A stretch of 64,000 nt of DNA. It comes from Fastidiosipila sp. (GTDB lineage: Bacteria > Bacillota > Clostridia > Saccharofermentanales > DTU023). The DNA is taken from the NCBI GenBank assembly GCA_012511175.1, contig JAAZGO010000026.1, forward strand, positions 9,073-73,072, given 5' to 3'. The translations under genes were made by a program, and so were the position numbers. The stretch's first letter is position 1, and each line of letters opens with the position of its first letter. This document shows, one piece after another, positions 54,806 through 64,000 of this stretch. The notes beneath the pieces are model-generated. The model did no database searches. It saw nothing but the letters and a program-made list of their open reading frames with translations, and was not told the origin of the DNA.

Positions 54806-56272
54806 GGATCTCTTTTTGCTGATCTGCTCATCGACGCGGTCCATGTAGACAAGCAAGTCCTTGGGGTTATGGATGCGCCGGGCCGTGAGCTCATGGACGG
54901 CCTTTGAGGTCGAACCGCTTCCCAGTCCCACGACCGGAACCCGGTCACTCATCATAGCCACATTGTAAAGTGAACCGCCGGTCCGTGTGAATCCGGTATT
55001 TTCCAGGCCGGACCGGCAATTTTTCTGCTTGTAGAGGTAATAAGGCCGGTAGCCCTCTTTCCGAAGCAAGTCATGTGACCGTTCAACCGCGTCCATCAAG
55101 GCAGGATCAGGCAGGAGAGCATCCCGGTCATCAAAGAGGCGGTCCAGATAAGATCCCCTTTTGATTGCCAGGGTGTGGAGGGTGATGCTCTCCGGCCCCA
55201 GAGCCATGACACGGGCAAGGGAATCGAGCAGGTCGTCCGCCCCTTCGCCGGGGAGGCCGGCGATCAAATCCATGTTGATATCAGAAAAACCCATGGAGCG
55301 GGCGAGCCGGAAGGCAACGGCTGTTTCTTCCGCTGTATGGCGGCGCCCGATCCGCCGCAGGGTCCCGTCCTTCATGGTCTGCGGATTGATGCAAAGCCTG
55401 TTGAAACCAGACGCCCGGATCAGCTCAAGCTTCTCCCGGTCAATGGTATCGGGCCGGCCCGCTTCCATGGTCAGCTCGGCCTTGTCCCCCAGGGGTGTGA
55501 CTGCCAGAACCTCCTTCAGGTAACGCTGGAAAAGAGGAGCCGGCAGGCTGGTCGGTGTTCCGCCGCCATAATAGACGGCAGCAATTTTGTGATAAAAACC
55601 ACTGTCGAACAGGCCCCGGGCCTCCTGAATGACCGTATCCACATAGCGGCCGAGGCTTTCCTGCTGCCTTTGTGCGTCCTGGGTGATAAAGCTGCAGTAA
55701 AGGCATCTGCCCGGACAAAAGGGCAGGCCCACATAAAGGAGTGCCTCCCCCTCTCCGATCCTATCAAGCAGCTTTTCTTCGGCAAGTGCTGTTTCGACGG
55801 CCAGTTCTGCCTTGGACCAATCAAGCAGCCAGTAATCAAAAAGGTCACTCACCGCCTGTTCAGGCGACGACCGGCCGATCAGCTGGAGCGCGATCTGGGT
55901 CGGCCGCACCCCTGTCAGGGCGCCCCAGGGAAAGGTCCTGCCTGTCGCTTGCGAAAGAATCAGGTAAAGCTGACGTTTCAGCACCCGCCTGATCTCGTGA
56001 AGTGGAATGGTTTCCGTCACCCCCGGCGGATTCTCTCCCTCAAGCTGTGTCGTCACGGTCACCCTTTTGTCTGAGCGGCCGCACCTTGAGGCGGCACGCG
56101 CCTCAGCAGGCTTGACGGCGGGATCAACCCGCGAACTGACGGTAAGCCTATCCGGGTGAGAGAGTGCCAGCAAGGCGGCCTCCTCCTCTTTGGCTGATCC
56201 AAAAAAAAGACGGACCACATCGGCCAGCGCGGCCATCTCCCTGTGCCCCTCTGCCTCGATCCGGGCTGCCAT
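54779..56272 (-). CDS. radical SAM coproporphyrinogen-dehydrogenase-like protein (HemZ/HemN family)
   Basis: 497 aa. GLPFCPGRCLYCSF (CxxxCxxC) and YYGGGTPT. Confidence 0.8.
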   Translation of the reverse strand: MAARIEAEGHREMAALADVVRLFFGSAKEEEAALLALSHPDRLTVSSRVDPAVKPAEARAASRCGRSDKRVTVTTQLEGENPPGVTETIPLHEIRRVLKRQLYLILSQATGRTFPWGALTGVRPTQIALQLIGRSSPEQAVSDLFDYWLLDWSKAELAVETALAEEKLLDRIGEGEALLYVGLPFCPGRCLYCSFITQDAQRQQESLGRYVDTVIQEARGLFDSGFYHKIAAVYYGGGTPTSLPAPLFQRYLKEVLAVTPLGDKAELTMEAGRPDTIDREKLELIRASGFNRLCINPQTMKDGTLRRIGRRHTAEETAVAFRLARSMGFSDINMDLIAGLPGEGADDLLDSLARVMALGPESITLHTLAIKRGSYLDRLFDDRDALLPDPALMDAVERSHDLLRKEGYRPYYLYKQKNCRSGLENTGFTRTGGSLYNVAMMSDRVPVVGLGSGSTSKAVHELTARRIHNPKDLLVYMDRVDEQISKKRSLFLSEPQK

Positions 56273-56282
56273 AGTCAGTTTC

Positions 56283-57137
56283 CTAGCCGAAAATTCCCGT
56301 TTTGTTCAAAAGGAAGAGGATGAAAAGGATAATTGGCTGGTGGACGAAGTAGACCCAGAGGGAATGGCGCCCCATGAAGCGGATGGGACGGGTCAGCCTG
56401 TAGAAGCGGCCATCGTACCGGGTGAAGGCCTCGCCCGTCGCATAAAGCGTATGCCCGACTGCAGCGCCTGACAGAAAAAAGCCAATCCAGGGGAAAATCG
56501 GCATGCGGTCGAGCAGGTGAACGCCTTTAGCGGGGGCTCCCAGCATGATCAGGAAGGGATTGGATGAATAGTCAGGAAGAATGGGTTCAATGAAGGTGGC
56601 GGCAAAAATGGCCAGCATGCCGATGATAATCAGGAGGCCGGGGAAAAGGTGGGGCCGGTAGGATTCTGTATCTTCACTTTCATGGCTTGCTTCCTCGCGG
56701 GGGTCAGGGATCCATTTCAGCCGGACGGCCAGCCTTTCGAGCAGAGCATAGGCGACCGTCGACAGGGCGACCACATGGATCACATTGAAGAGAAGAAGGC
56801 CGGTGCCGGCGAATCCATCGACAAAAATCGACAGGGCAGTCGCGGTGATGGCGAATAAAACCATGCGGAAACCGCGTTTCAGGCTGTTGCGGGAAAAGCG
56901 GGAGCTGGCGCCAGAAACTGAAAGGAAAACGACAAGCACCAGGGGGCGGCCGATTTCATAAAACCAGTAACTGTGCTGAAAAGCCACAAAGTCCTGATGG
57001 TAGATGTCGTAAAGGTCACCGATGGTGTGGTGGAACATCATGAGCGTGAGGGCGCAGCCTCTTAAAAAATCGAGTTCCGGAATCCGCCGCCTGACCACTT
57101 TCTCTTCAATCTCCACGCCCGCACCTCCGGATTTCAT
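56283..57137 (-). CDS. DUF1624 (heparan-alpha-glucosaminide N-acetyltransferase-like) membrane protein
   Basis: RIPELDFLRGCALTLMMFHH. Polytopic. Confidence 0.7.
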   Translation of the reverse strand: MKSGGAGVEIEEKVVRRRIPELDFLRGCALTLMMFHHTIGDLYDIYHQDFVAFQHSYWFYEIGRPLVLVVFLSVSGASSRFSRNSLKRGFRMVLFAITATALSIFVDGFAGTGLLLFNVIHVVALSTVAYALLERLAVRLKWIPDPREEASHESEDTESYRPHLFPGLLIIIGMLAIFAATFIEPILPDYSSNPFLIMLGAPAKGVHLLDRMPIFPWIGFFLSGAAVGHTLYATGEAFTRYDGRFYRLTRPIRFMGRHSLWVYFVHQPIILFILFLLNKTGIFG

Positions 57138-57180
57138 AAAAAAACGGCACTGGAGCTTTCATTGTAGACCTCCAGCGCCG
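57138..57180 (-). terminator. rho-independent terminator after ppdK
   Basis: On the minus strand: CGGCGCTGGAG-14 nt-CTCCAGTGCCG followed by TTTTTTT. Confidence 0.75.
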
Positions 57181-57201
57181 CTCTTATCAAGACTTGGCCT
57201 T

Positions 57202-59829
57202 CTATTTCCTGCGCGGATACCTCAATGCCGACTGGGCGGCCGAGAGCCGTGCGATCGGCACCCGGTAAGGCGAGCAGGACACGTAATCCAGTCCGACCAT
57301 CTGGCAAAATTCAACCGAATAGGGATCGCCGCCATGTTCGCCGCAGATACCCAGTTCCAGATCCGGTTTTGACTTGCGGCCCAGTTCGACGGCCATCCGC
57401 ATCAGCTGGCCCACTCCCTCGCGGTCCAGGTGGGCAGTCGGGTCCGTCTCAAAAATGCCGGCCTGGTAGTAGGCTTCCAGAATCTTCCCGGCATCGTCGC
57501 GTGACAGACCGTAGGTCATCTGGGTCAGGTCATTGGTGCCGAAACTGAAGAAATCCGCTTCCTCCGCCACCTTGTCTGCCGTCAGACAGGCGCGGGGAAT
57601 CTCGATCATGGTTCCGACCCAGTATTTCAATTCCCGGCCTGCTTCCTTGATCAGGCGGTCAGCGGTCGACTTAATGAAGCGGTTCAGGTATTCCAGTTCC
57701 TTGACCTCACTGACCAGGGGGACCATGATTTCCGGCATGACATTGATTCCTTCCTCGGCCGCCTGCAAGGCCGCACCGATGATAGCCTCCGTTTGCATCT
57801 CCGCGATCTCGGGGTAGCTGACCGCCAGCCGGCAGCCCCGATGGCCCAGCATGGGATTCAGCTCGTGGAGTTCCTCAATGATCTCACACAAGCGGTCGTA
57901 TCCGATGCCCAGCTCTTCGGCCAGTTGCTTGATTTCTCCTTCGTTTGTAGGCAAAAACTCGTGGAGAGGAGGATCCAGGAGACGGATGATGACAGGATAA
58001 CCGTCCATAACCCGGAAGAGCCCCAGGAAATCCTCCTGCTGCATGGGCTTGATTTTTGCCAGGGCCTTGCGTCTGTCCTCCTCGGTCCTGGCCACAATCA
58101 TCTGGCGGAAGAGGAAAACGCGCTCAGCTTCAAAGAACATATGCTCTGTGCGGGTCAGCCCGATTCCCTGGGCCCCCAGATCCAGAGCCACCCGGGAGTC
58201 GTGGGGGGTATCTGCGTTGGTGCGGACCTTCATGTCGGCTATCTCATCCGCCCATTCCATGATGGTCTGGAAGTTACCTGACATCTCGGCCTCCCTGGTC
58301 GCGATGCTGCCTTCATAGACCAGGCCGGTTGATCCGTCAAGCGAGATGAAGTCATCGCAGCCGTACACGCGGCCGTTGATGGTCATGGTCCGGTTTTTCT
58401 CATTGATCAGGGCTTCGGAGCAGCCCGAAACGCAACACTTGCCCATGCCGCGGGCAACGACCGCCGCGTGGGAGGTCATGCCGCCGCGCGTCGTCAGGAT
58501 CCCTTCAGCCGCGGCCATGCCCTGGATATCTTCAGGAGAGGTTTCTTCACGGACCAGAATGACGGACTGGCCGGCCTCCTTGGCGGCTGTCGCCTGTTCA
58601 GCTGTGAAGACGATCTGGCCCGTCGCCGCACCGGGCGAAGCGGGAAGACCCTTGGCAATGCGTTTGCCCGCTTCAAGGGCCTTGGGGTCAAAGGCCGGAT
58701 GCAAGAGGGCATCCAGCTGCTTGGGATCAATGCCCAAAAGGGCTTCCTCGCGCGAGATCAAGCCTTCGGCGACCAGGTCGACAGCAATCTGAAGAGCAGC
58801 CGTTGCGGTCCTTTTCCCGTTTCTTGTCTGGAGGATGAAGAGCTTGCCATTTTCAATGGTGAACTCCAGGTCCTGCATATCGCCGTAGTGACGCTCCAGT
58901 TGATGAGCAATGTCGGTAAACTGCTGATAGACTTCCGGCATCTGTTCAGCCAGGTGATCGATGGGGAAAGGAGTGCGCACCCCGGCCACCACATCTTCGC
59001 CCTGGGCATTCATCAGGTACTCGCCGTAAAGCTTGTTTTCTCCGGTGGCGGGATTTCGCGAGAAAGCGACACCGGTCCCCGAGCTTTCGCCCATATTGCC
59101 GTAGACCATCTCCTGGACATTGACTGCCGTGCCCCAGTGCGAGGGAATATTATGCATCTTGCGGTAATAGACGGCGCGTTCAGTGTTCCAGGAACGGAAA
59201 ACCGCTTCAATGGCAAGGATCAGCTGCCGCTTGACATCCTGCGGGAAGGCTTCCCCCTTTTCCCTGGCGTAGATGGCCTTGAACTCATTTTCGATCCGCT
59301 CAAGATCGTCGGCATCAAGGTCCAGGTCGGATTCAATGCTGCCTTCTTTCTTAACCGCTTCGAAGGCCTCTTCGAAATGGCTGCGTGAAATGCCCATGAC
59401 CACATCGGAAAACATCATGATGAAACGGCGGTAGCTGTCAAAGACGAAGCGGCGGTTGCCTGTTAGTCTGGCCAGCCCCTCGGCCACCTCATCATTGAGG
59501 CCCAGGTTCAGGACCGTGTCCATCATCCCCGGCATGGAGGCACGGGCCCCGGAGCGGACCGACAAAAGAAGGGGGCGCTCAGGATCACCGAAGACCTTGC
59601 CCGTAAGCTGCTCGGTTTCAGCCAGCCTCTCAAAGATCTGGCTGCGGATTTCGTCCGCGATCATCTGCTTGTCCGCGTAATAACGGTTGCAGGCTTCGGT
59701 TGTCACAATGAAGCCATTGGGCACGGGCAGGCCAAGGCCGGACATCTCTGCCAGGTTGGCTCCCTTGCCGCCAAGAAGGTCGCGCATGGAAGCGTCGCCT
59801 TCCGAAAACATATAGACGTATTTCGTCAT
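57202..59829 (-). CDS. ppdK: pyruvate, phosphate dikinase
   Basis: ATG 59829 follows GGGAGGA. MTKYVYMFSEGDASMRDLLGGKGANLAEM, with phospho-His region GGMTSHAAVVARG. Confidence 0.95.
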   Translation of the reverse strand: MTKYVYMFSEGDASMRDLLGGKGANLAEMSGLGLPVPNGFIVTTEACNRYYADKQMIADEIRSQIFERLAETEQLTGKVFGDPERPLLLSVRSGARASMPGMMDTVLNLGLNDEVAEGLARLTGNRRFVFDSYRRFIMMFSDVVMGISRSHFEEAFEAVKKEGSIESDLDLDADDLERIENEFKAIYAREKGEAFPQDVKRQLILAIEAVFRSWNTERAVYYRKMHNIPSHWGTAVNVQEMVYGNMGESSGTGVAFSRNPATGENKLYGEYLMNAQGEDVVAGVRTPFPIDHLAEQMPEVYQQFTDIAHQLERHYGDMQDLEFTIENGKLFILQTRNGKRTATAALQIAVDLVAEGLISREEALLGIDPKQLDALLHPAFDPKALEAGKRIAKGLPASPGAATGQIVFTAEQATAAKEAGQSVILVREETSPEDIQGMAAAEGILTTRGGMTSHAAVVARGMGKCCVSGCSEALINEKNRTMTINGRVYGCDDFISLDGSTGLVYEGSIATREAEMSGNFQTIMEWADEIADMKVRTNADTPHDSRVALDLGAQGIGLTRTEHMFFEAERVFLFRQMIVARTEEDRRKALAKIKPMQQEDFLGLFRVMDGYPVIIRLLDPPLHEFLPTNEGEIKQLAEELGIGYDRLCEIIEELHELNPMLGHRGCRLAVSYPEIAEMQTEAIIGAALQAAEEGINVMPEIMVPLVSEVKELEYLNRFIKSTADRLIKEAGRELKYWVGTMIEIPRACLTADKVAEEADFFSFGTNDLTQMTYGLSRDDAGKILEAYYQAGIFETDPTAHLDREGVGQLMRMAVELGRKSKPDLELGICGEHGGDPYSVEFCQMVGLDYVSCSPYRVPIARLSAAQSALRYPRRK

Positions 59830-59902
59830 TTCATATCCTCCCAAAGATAATCTATCCATCAGGCGCCGGGCTTTGCGACGGCGTCAATTAGAGCCAAAGC
59901 TG

Positions 59903-61297
59903 TCATGGCAGATCGAATTTTCCCTTGAAATACTCAACCAGCCGGTCCATCGGAAGCCTGATCTGCTTCATGCTATCCCGTTCCCGGATGGTTACCGCCT
60001 GATCCTCAAGCGATTCAAAGTCATAGGTTACGCAGTAAGGCGTGCCGATCTCGTCCTGGCGCCGGTAGCGGCGGCCGATAGACTGGCGGTCGTCGTACTC
60101 GCAGCGATAATGCCGGATCAGGTCGTGGTAGACCGCTTCCGCTCCCTGGCGCAATTTGCCCGACAGGGGCAGAACGGCGATCTGGACGGGTGCCAGCGCG
60201 GGCAGGAAACGCAGGACCGTGCGGACCTCCCCCCCCTCCAATTCTTCCTCGTCGTAGGCCTCCGACAAAATGGCCAAAAAGAGGCGGTCAGTCCCGAGCG
60301 AAGGCTCCACTACGTAGGGGATGTATTTTTCGTTTTTTTCAGGGTCGAAATACCGTAGGTCCTCCTTGGAGTATTCCATATGCTGTTTCAGGTCGTAATC
60401 GGTCCTGTCGGCAATCCCCCAAAGCTCGCCCCACCCAAAGGGGTAGAGGTATTCAATGTCGGTTGTGGCAGCCGAATAAAAAGACAGTTCTTCTTTCGAG
60501 TGATCCCGCAATCTCAGATGGTCCTCTGAAATCCCCAGATCCAGAAGCCACTGGTAGCAAAAAGACCGCCAGTAACCAAACCACTCGAGATCGGTTCCCG
60601 GTTCGCAGAAAAACTCCAGTTCCATCTGCTCAAACTCACGTGTTCTGAAAATGAAATTGCCAGGCGTAATCTCGTTGCGGAAAGATTTGCCCATCTGGGC
60701 GATGCCAAAAGGAATCTTGCGGCGTGAGGTCCGCTGGACATTGCGGAAATTGATAAAGATTCCCTGCGCCGTTTCTGGACGCAGGTAAAGCTGTGACTGG
60801 TTGTCTTCTGTCACGCCCAGAAAGGTCTTGAACATGAGGTTGAACTGGCGGACATCGGTAAAGTCATGTTCTCCGCAGGCAGGGCAGACGATGCCGTGTT
60901 CGCGGATGTAGGCTAAATATTCCTCATTGGTCCAGCCGTCGGCAGAAAGGGCAAAGCCTTGTTTTTTGTTCCAGTCATCAATCAGCTGATCGGCACGCCA
61001 GCGCGTCCTGCACTTGCGGCAATCGATCATGGGATCGGAAAATCCGCCCACATGACCCGAAGCAACCCAGACATCCGAATTCATCAGGATACTGGAATCG
61101 AGCCCCACATTCAGGGGACAGGTATCGACAAAACGCTTCCACCAGGCTTCTTTAATGCGATGTTTGAGGCTGGTGCCGTAGGGACCATAATCCCAGGAAT
61201 TGGCCAGGCCCCCGTAAATTTCAGAGCCCTGATAGACAAAACCTCGATTTCCTGCCAGGGCGACAATCTTTGCCAGGGCATGCTGTTTATTGGCCAT
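59903..61297 (-). CDS. glyQS: glycine--tRNA ligase (alpha2 type)
   Basis: [24 protein letters not shown] and [25 protein letters not shown]. Confidence 0.95.
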   Translation of the reverse strand: MANKQHALAKIVALAGNRGFVYQGSEIYGGLANSWDYGPYGTSLKHRIKEAWWKRFVDTCPLNVGLDSSILMNSDVWVASGHVGGFSDPMIDCRKCRTRWRADQLIDDWNKKQGFALSADGWTNEEYLAYIREHGIVCPACGEHDFTDVRQFNLMFKTFLGVTEDNQSQLYLRPETAQGIFINFRNVQRTSRRKIPFGIAQMGKSFRNEITPGNFIFRTREFEQMELEFFCEPGTDLEWFGYWRSFCYQWLLDLGISEDHLRLRDHSKEELSFYSAATTDIEYLYPFGWGELWGIADRTDYDLKQHMEYSKEDLRYFDPEKNEKYIPYVVEPSLGTDRLFLAILSEAYDEEELEGGEVRTVLRFLPALAPVQIAVLPLSGKLRQGAEAVYHDLIRHYRCEYDDRQSIGRRYRRQDEIGTPYCVTYDFESLEDQAVTIRERDSMKQIRLPMDRLVEYFKGKFDLP

Positions 61298-61336
61298 TCC
61301 TACACCCGTTTATCCTGCTCAAAACCAAGAAGAAGC

Positions 61337-61822
61337 TTATTCCTCAGTTTCCGTGTCTTCAAACGTTTCCGCCGGCTCTTCTTCCGCCTTCCGCTCTTCT
61401 TCCTCCAGCTGGGCCACGTGGCTGATCAGCTGCTCAGCGATTCGTGAAGCGTCTTCAGCGGAAATGCCCACCTGCTCGAAGACATCTTCGCCGGGCATAC
61501 GGTCGACTTGGCGCATCATGCGGCTTTGTTCTTCCAGACGTTCTTCTTCTTCCTTGGCGCGCGCCTCTCTCAGGGCAGCCTCACGGGCAGCGATAATCAA
61601 GGGATGTTCGGGGATGACCACGTCCCACTTCCCATACCGGTAAGCGACCGTTCCCGCCCCGATCTCCTCACTGGCCAAGGTGACCGGATTAGGTGTCTCC
61701 GTCTCGAGGGTCGGGCAGGCGCCGGACGTCAACTGGCGGGCCCGCCGCGCTGCAAGCATGGCCAGGACGTAGCGGTTTTCAGCAAGCGGCAGTAATGATT
61801 CAGTCGATGGTTGTGTCAACAT
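61337..61822 (-). CDS. rpoZ: DNA-directed RNA polymerase subunit omega with long acidic C-terminal extension
   Basis: NRYVLAMLAARRARQL core in the first ~70 aa, followed by ~90 aa rich in Glu/Ala/Arg. Sits in the conserved gmk-rpoZ position. Confidence 0.7.
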   Translation of the reverse strand: MLTQPSTESLLPLAENRYVLAMLAARRARQLTSGACPTLETETPNPVTLASEEIGAGTVAYRYGKWDVVIPEHPLIIAAREAALREARAKEEEERLEEQSRMMRQVDRMPGEDVFEQVGISAEDASRIAEQLISHVAQLEEEERKAEEEPAETFEDTETEE

Positions 61823-61902
61823 GGGTGACTCCTGTTCGAATAAGCTCTCGGTTTATTTTCAAATTCATCACGAAAAATCGATAACCTTATGGATTATACC
61901 GT

Positions 61903-62523
61903 TCAAAGGTCGCACTCGTCAACAAAAAAACGCAGGGTACGGCGTTTCTCCGCCTTCATGATGGCGCTGACATCGGCTGCGGCCTCCTCAATCACATCAT
62001 TGACCACCCAATAATCGAAGAGATTAATCCGGGAAAGTTCCTCCCGCGCCGTCACCAGCCGCCGGTCAATTTCCTCGGCTGACTCCGTTCCCCTTTTCAG
62101 CAGGCGCTGTCGCAGGGCATCCTCTGTCGACGCGGTGACGAAAATGAGAACGGCATGGGGGCAGTTGCGCTTGAGAGCAAGCGCGCCCTTGACAGTCAGG
62201 TCAAGCAGGATATCCGCCTTCTCCCTGATCATCCGGTCTACAGGGGCGCGGGGCGTCCCATAGTACTCCCCGCAATAGGTATCGTATTCCAGAATTTCAC
62301 CGCGGTTGATCAAATCCTCGAAGTGATCCCGTGTCGTGAAGTGATAGGCGATGCCGTCCTCTTCATCTTTGCGGGGCCTGCGGGTGGTCATGGATACTGA
62401 ATGATAGCGCCGCGGATCCTGTCTTCTGAGTTCGTCAATAATGGAGTTCTTGCCAACACCTGACGGCCCTGACAAGACGATGATCAGGCCCTCCTCCTCT
62501 AGGCTCCGTTCATACCTGATCAT
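61903..62523 (-). CDS. gmk: guanylate kinase
   Basis: ATG 62523 follows GGAGGA. LIIVLSGPSGVGKNS. The track's N-terminal extension overlaps remA. Confidence 0.9.
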   Translation of the reverse strand: MIRYERSLEEEGLIIVLSGPSGVGKNSIIDELRRQDPRRYHSVSMTTRRPRKDEEDGIAYHFTTRDHFEDLINRGEILEYDTYCGEYYGTPRAPVDRMIREKADILLDLTVKGALALKRNCPHAVLIFVTASTEDALRQRLLKRGTESAEEIDRRLVTAREELSRINLFDYWVVNDVIEEAAADVSAIMKAEKRRTLRFFVDECDL

Positions 62524-62776
62524 GGCATTCCTCCAAAGATTTCCCGCCGTCCGGCAAAAGTGCTTCCGTTTCCAGGGCAGACAGGACCACATGATCGCTG
62601 TCCATAACCAGAACCGAGCGGGTTCTCTTGCCTCCCGTCGCGTCAATCAGGGAAAATCGTTCGCGCGCATCCTGAACCAGACGGCGGGCAGGCGCAGATT
62701 CGTAGGTCACAAGCGCAATCAGGCGCGCCCTGGCGATGTAGTTGCCATCTCCGATTGGAATCATTTCATAGGCCAT
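62510..62776 (-). CDS. remA: DUF370 / RemA family regulator
   Basis: IPIGDGNYIARARLIALVTYESAPARRLVQDARERFSLIDATGGKRTRSVLVMDSDHVVLSAL. Confidence 0.85.
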   Translation of the reverse strand: MAYEMIPIGDGNYIARARLIALVTYESAPARRLVQDARERFSLIDATGGKRTRSVLVMDSDHVVLSALETEALLPDGGKSLEECHDQV

Positions 62777-62785
62777 GCGCCACCT

Positions 62786-63673
62786 CTATTCAATGTTCTG
62801 AACTTGTTCACGGATTTTTTCGAGCAAGGTTTTGGAGGCAACCACTACCTGGGTCAGTTCCAGGTCATTGGCTTTTGAGCCAATGGTATTAATTTCACGG
62901 AAAATCTCCTGGATCAAAAAATCAAGCTGACGGCCGACAGGAAGATCCGACTCGAGCGCCTGGCTCAGGGCATCCAGATGAGCATGCAGCCGGGTGACCT
63001 CCTCGTCGATGGAGGAGCGGTCGGCAAAGAGGGCTGTTTCGGCAAAGAGGCGTTGATCACTGTACCACTCGGGCCGCTGGTCCTCGAATAATTCCTCCGC
63101 CCGCTGGATCAGTTTCTCCCGGTAGATTTCCGGAATCAACGGGGCTCTCCGGGCCATGGATGCCACATGTTCCCGCAATTCATCCGTCTTGGCCAGCAGA
63201 TCAAGGGCCAAGCGCCCTCCTTCAAGCGTACGGGCTCTGTTCAATTCATCGAGCGCGGCCTCCAGCGCCTCTTCAATCTGACCGGCAAGAAGCGCCTCAT
63301 CTCCCCCGTTTTCATCAAGGGTCAGGATGCCGTCCAGGCCTGCCAGAATTTTCAGCTTATCGCCGGACTTTTCCCCGGTCAGGGCCTCAAGCTGGTCCAG
63401 GGCTCTCATGTAAGCCATGGCCAGCGGCTGATCGACCGCGACTTCGTATTCAGGCGATTCACCCGGCTCATCCGTCAGCCGGATCTCAACACGCCCGCGG
63501 TTCAGCTGCTTCTGTGAAATGGAACGGATGAGTGATTCATGGGCGGCATAGCGTGAAGGAAGGCGGATGGAAATATCCAGATAGCGGTGGTTGACCGAGC
63601 GGCACTCGATCCGGATGGAACACCCACCCCTCTTGGAGATCCCCTCCCCGTAACCGGTCATACTCCTGGGCAT
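62786..63673 (-). CDS. YicC/YloC family endoribonuclease
   Basis: MPRSMTGYG start. SVNHRYLDI, with a C-terminal DUF1732 block (GRQLDFLIQEIFREINTIGSKA). Confidence 0.85.
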   Translation of the reverse strand: MPRSMTGYGEGISKRGGCSIRIECRSVNHRYLDISIRLPSRYAAHESLIRSISQKQLNRGRVEIRLTDEPGESPEYEVAVDQPLAMAYMRALDQLEALTGEKSGDKLKILAGLDGILTLDENGGDEALLAGQIEEALEAALDELNRARTLEGGRLALDLLAKTDELREHVASMARRAPLIPEIYREKLIQRAEELFEDQRPEWYSDQRLFAETALFADRSSIDEEVTRLHAHLDALSQALESDLPVGRQLDFLIQEIFREINTIGSKANDLELTQVVVASKTLLEKIREQVQNIE

Positions 63674-63674
63674 T

Positions 63675-64000
63675 TTATCCCTGCCTTTCAACAGCTGTGG
63701 CAAACCGTCCGTCCTCTCCCACCAGCAAAGGGCGGAAGCCGATTTGATCGGATGCAACCATTATATAACGGACGCCTTCGATCTGCGGCTGGCTGTCGTA
63801 AAAGGGAACGTCGTGATGGATGTGACCGAAAAGGCAGACATGGATACCTGCCTCTTTGAGGAGATCGCTGAAAGCGGAGCCGGTCCCCTGTTCAGAAATC
63901 GGCGGATAATGCATCAAGGCGACTCTGCCGGGCTCCCGGCCTTCCTCCTCCTGCAGCCGTTTCAGTGCCTGGATGGAGAGTTCCAGCCGGGCAATTTCCC
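63675..64000 (-). CDS. metallophosphoesterase family protein (5' end beyond the right edge)
   Basis: The frame stays open from 64000 (..EIARLELSIQALKRLQEEEGREPGRVALMHYPP...CLFGHIHHD). Confidence 0.6.
   Translation of the reverse strand, partial: EIARLELSIQALKRLQEEEGREPGRVALMHYPPISEQGTGSAFSDLLKEAGIHVCLFGHIHHDVPFYDSQPQIEGVRYIMVASDQIGFRPLLVGEDGRFATAVERQG

Noticed and set aside
1-64000. CRISPR arrays, tRNA/rRNA genes, integrase or att-type island borders.
   Set aside because: I saw no regularly spaced repeats, no cloverleaf-like or rRNA-like sequence, and no tyrosine or serine recombinase ORF. The only mobility signature is the DDE transposon at 8600-17043.

Overview
This is a GC-rich chromosomal segment (about 58-60% G+C, judged by eye, not computed). 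It probably comes from a Gram-positive, clostridial-type anaerobe, an inference from gene content: RNase J, RqcH, RemA, LCP, MBOAT/DHHW, PerR, QueH and an in-frame UGA peroxiredoxin. About 57 tightly packed genes are supported. Most are housekeeping: thrS, ileS, glyQS, ruvCAB, relA, recJ, rnj, ppdK, rpsT, rpsU, gmk, rpoZ, ispF, deoD, rbsK. I saw no rRNA, tRNA or CRISPR array. Four things stand out. (1) An 8,444-bp AT-rich element lies at 8600-17043. It has imperfect terminal inverted repeats and a perfect 9-bp target-site duplication. It carries a small wHTH gene, a complete type I restriction-modification operon (hsdM-hsdS-hsdR) and an unusually long IS1595-type transposase that is itself bracketed by a second, inner inverted-repeat pair. 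(2) A peroxiredoxin gene has TGA in place of its peroxidatic Cys codon (a selenocysteine prxU-type gene, split in the ORF track). It is followed by a Fur-family (PerR-like) gene and preceded by two near-consensus PerR boxes. (3) An extracytoplasmic flavinylation-type neighbourhood contains an ApbE lipoprotein, a tandem FMN_bind-like lipoprotein with non-canonical acceptor motifs, and a NusG_II / Gx-transporter pair. (4) A small lower-GC islet at about 3182-4690 holds an SDR and an unassignable membrane-anchored protein. All functional calls rest on motif recognition by reading. No database search or computation was possible. Many long antisense ORFs in the track are GC-driven artefacts.
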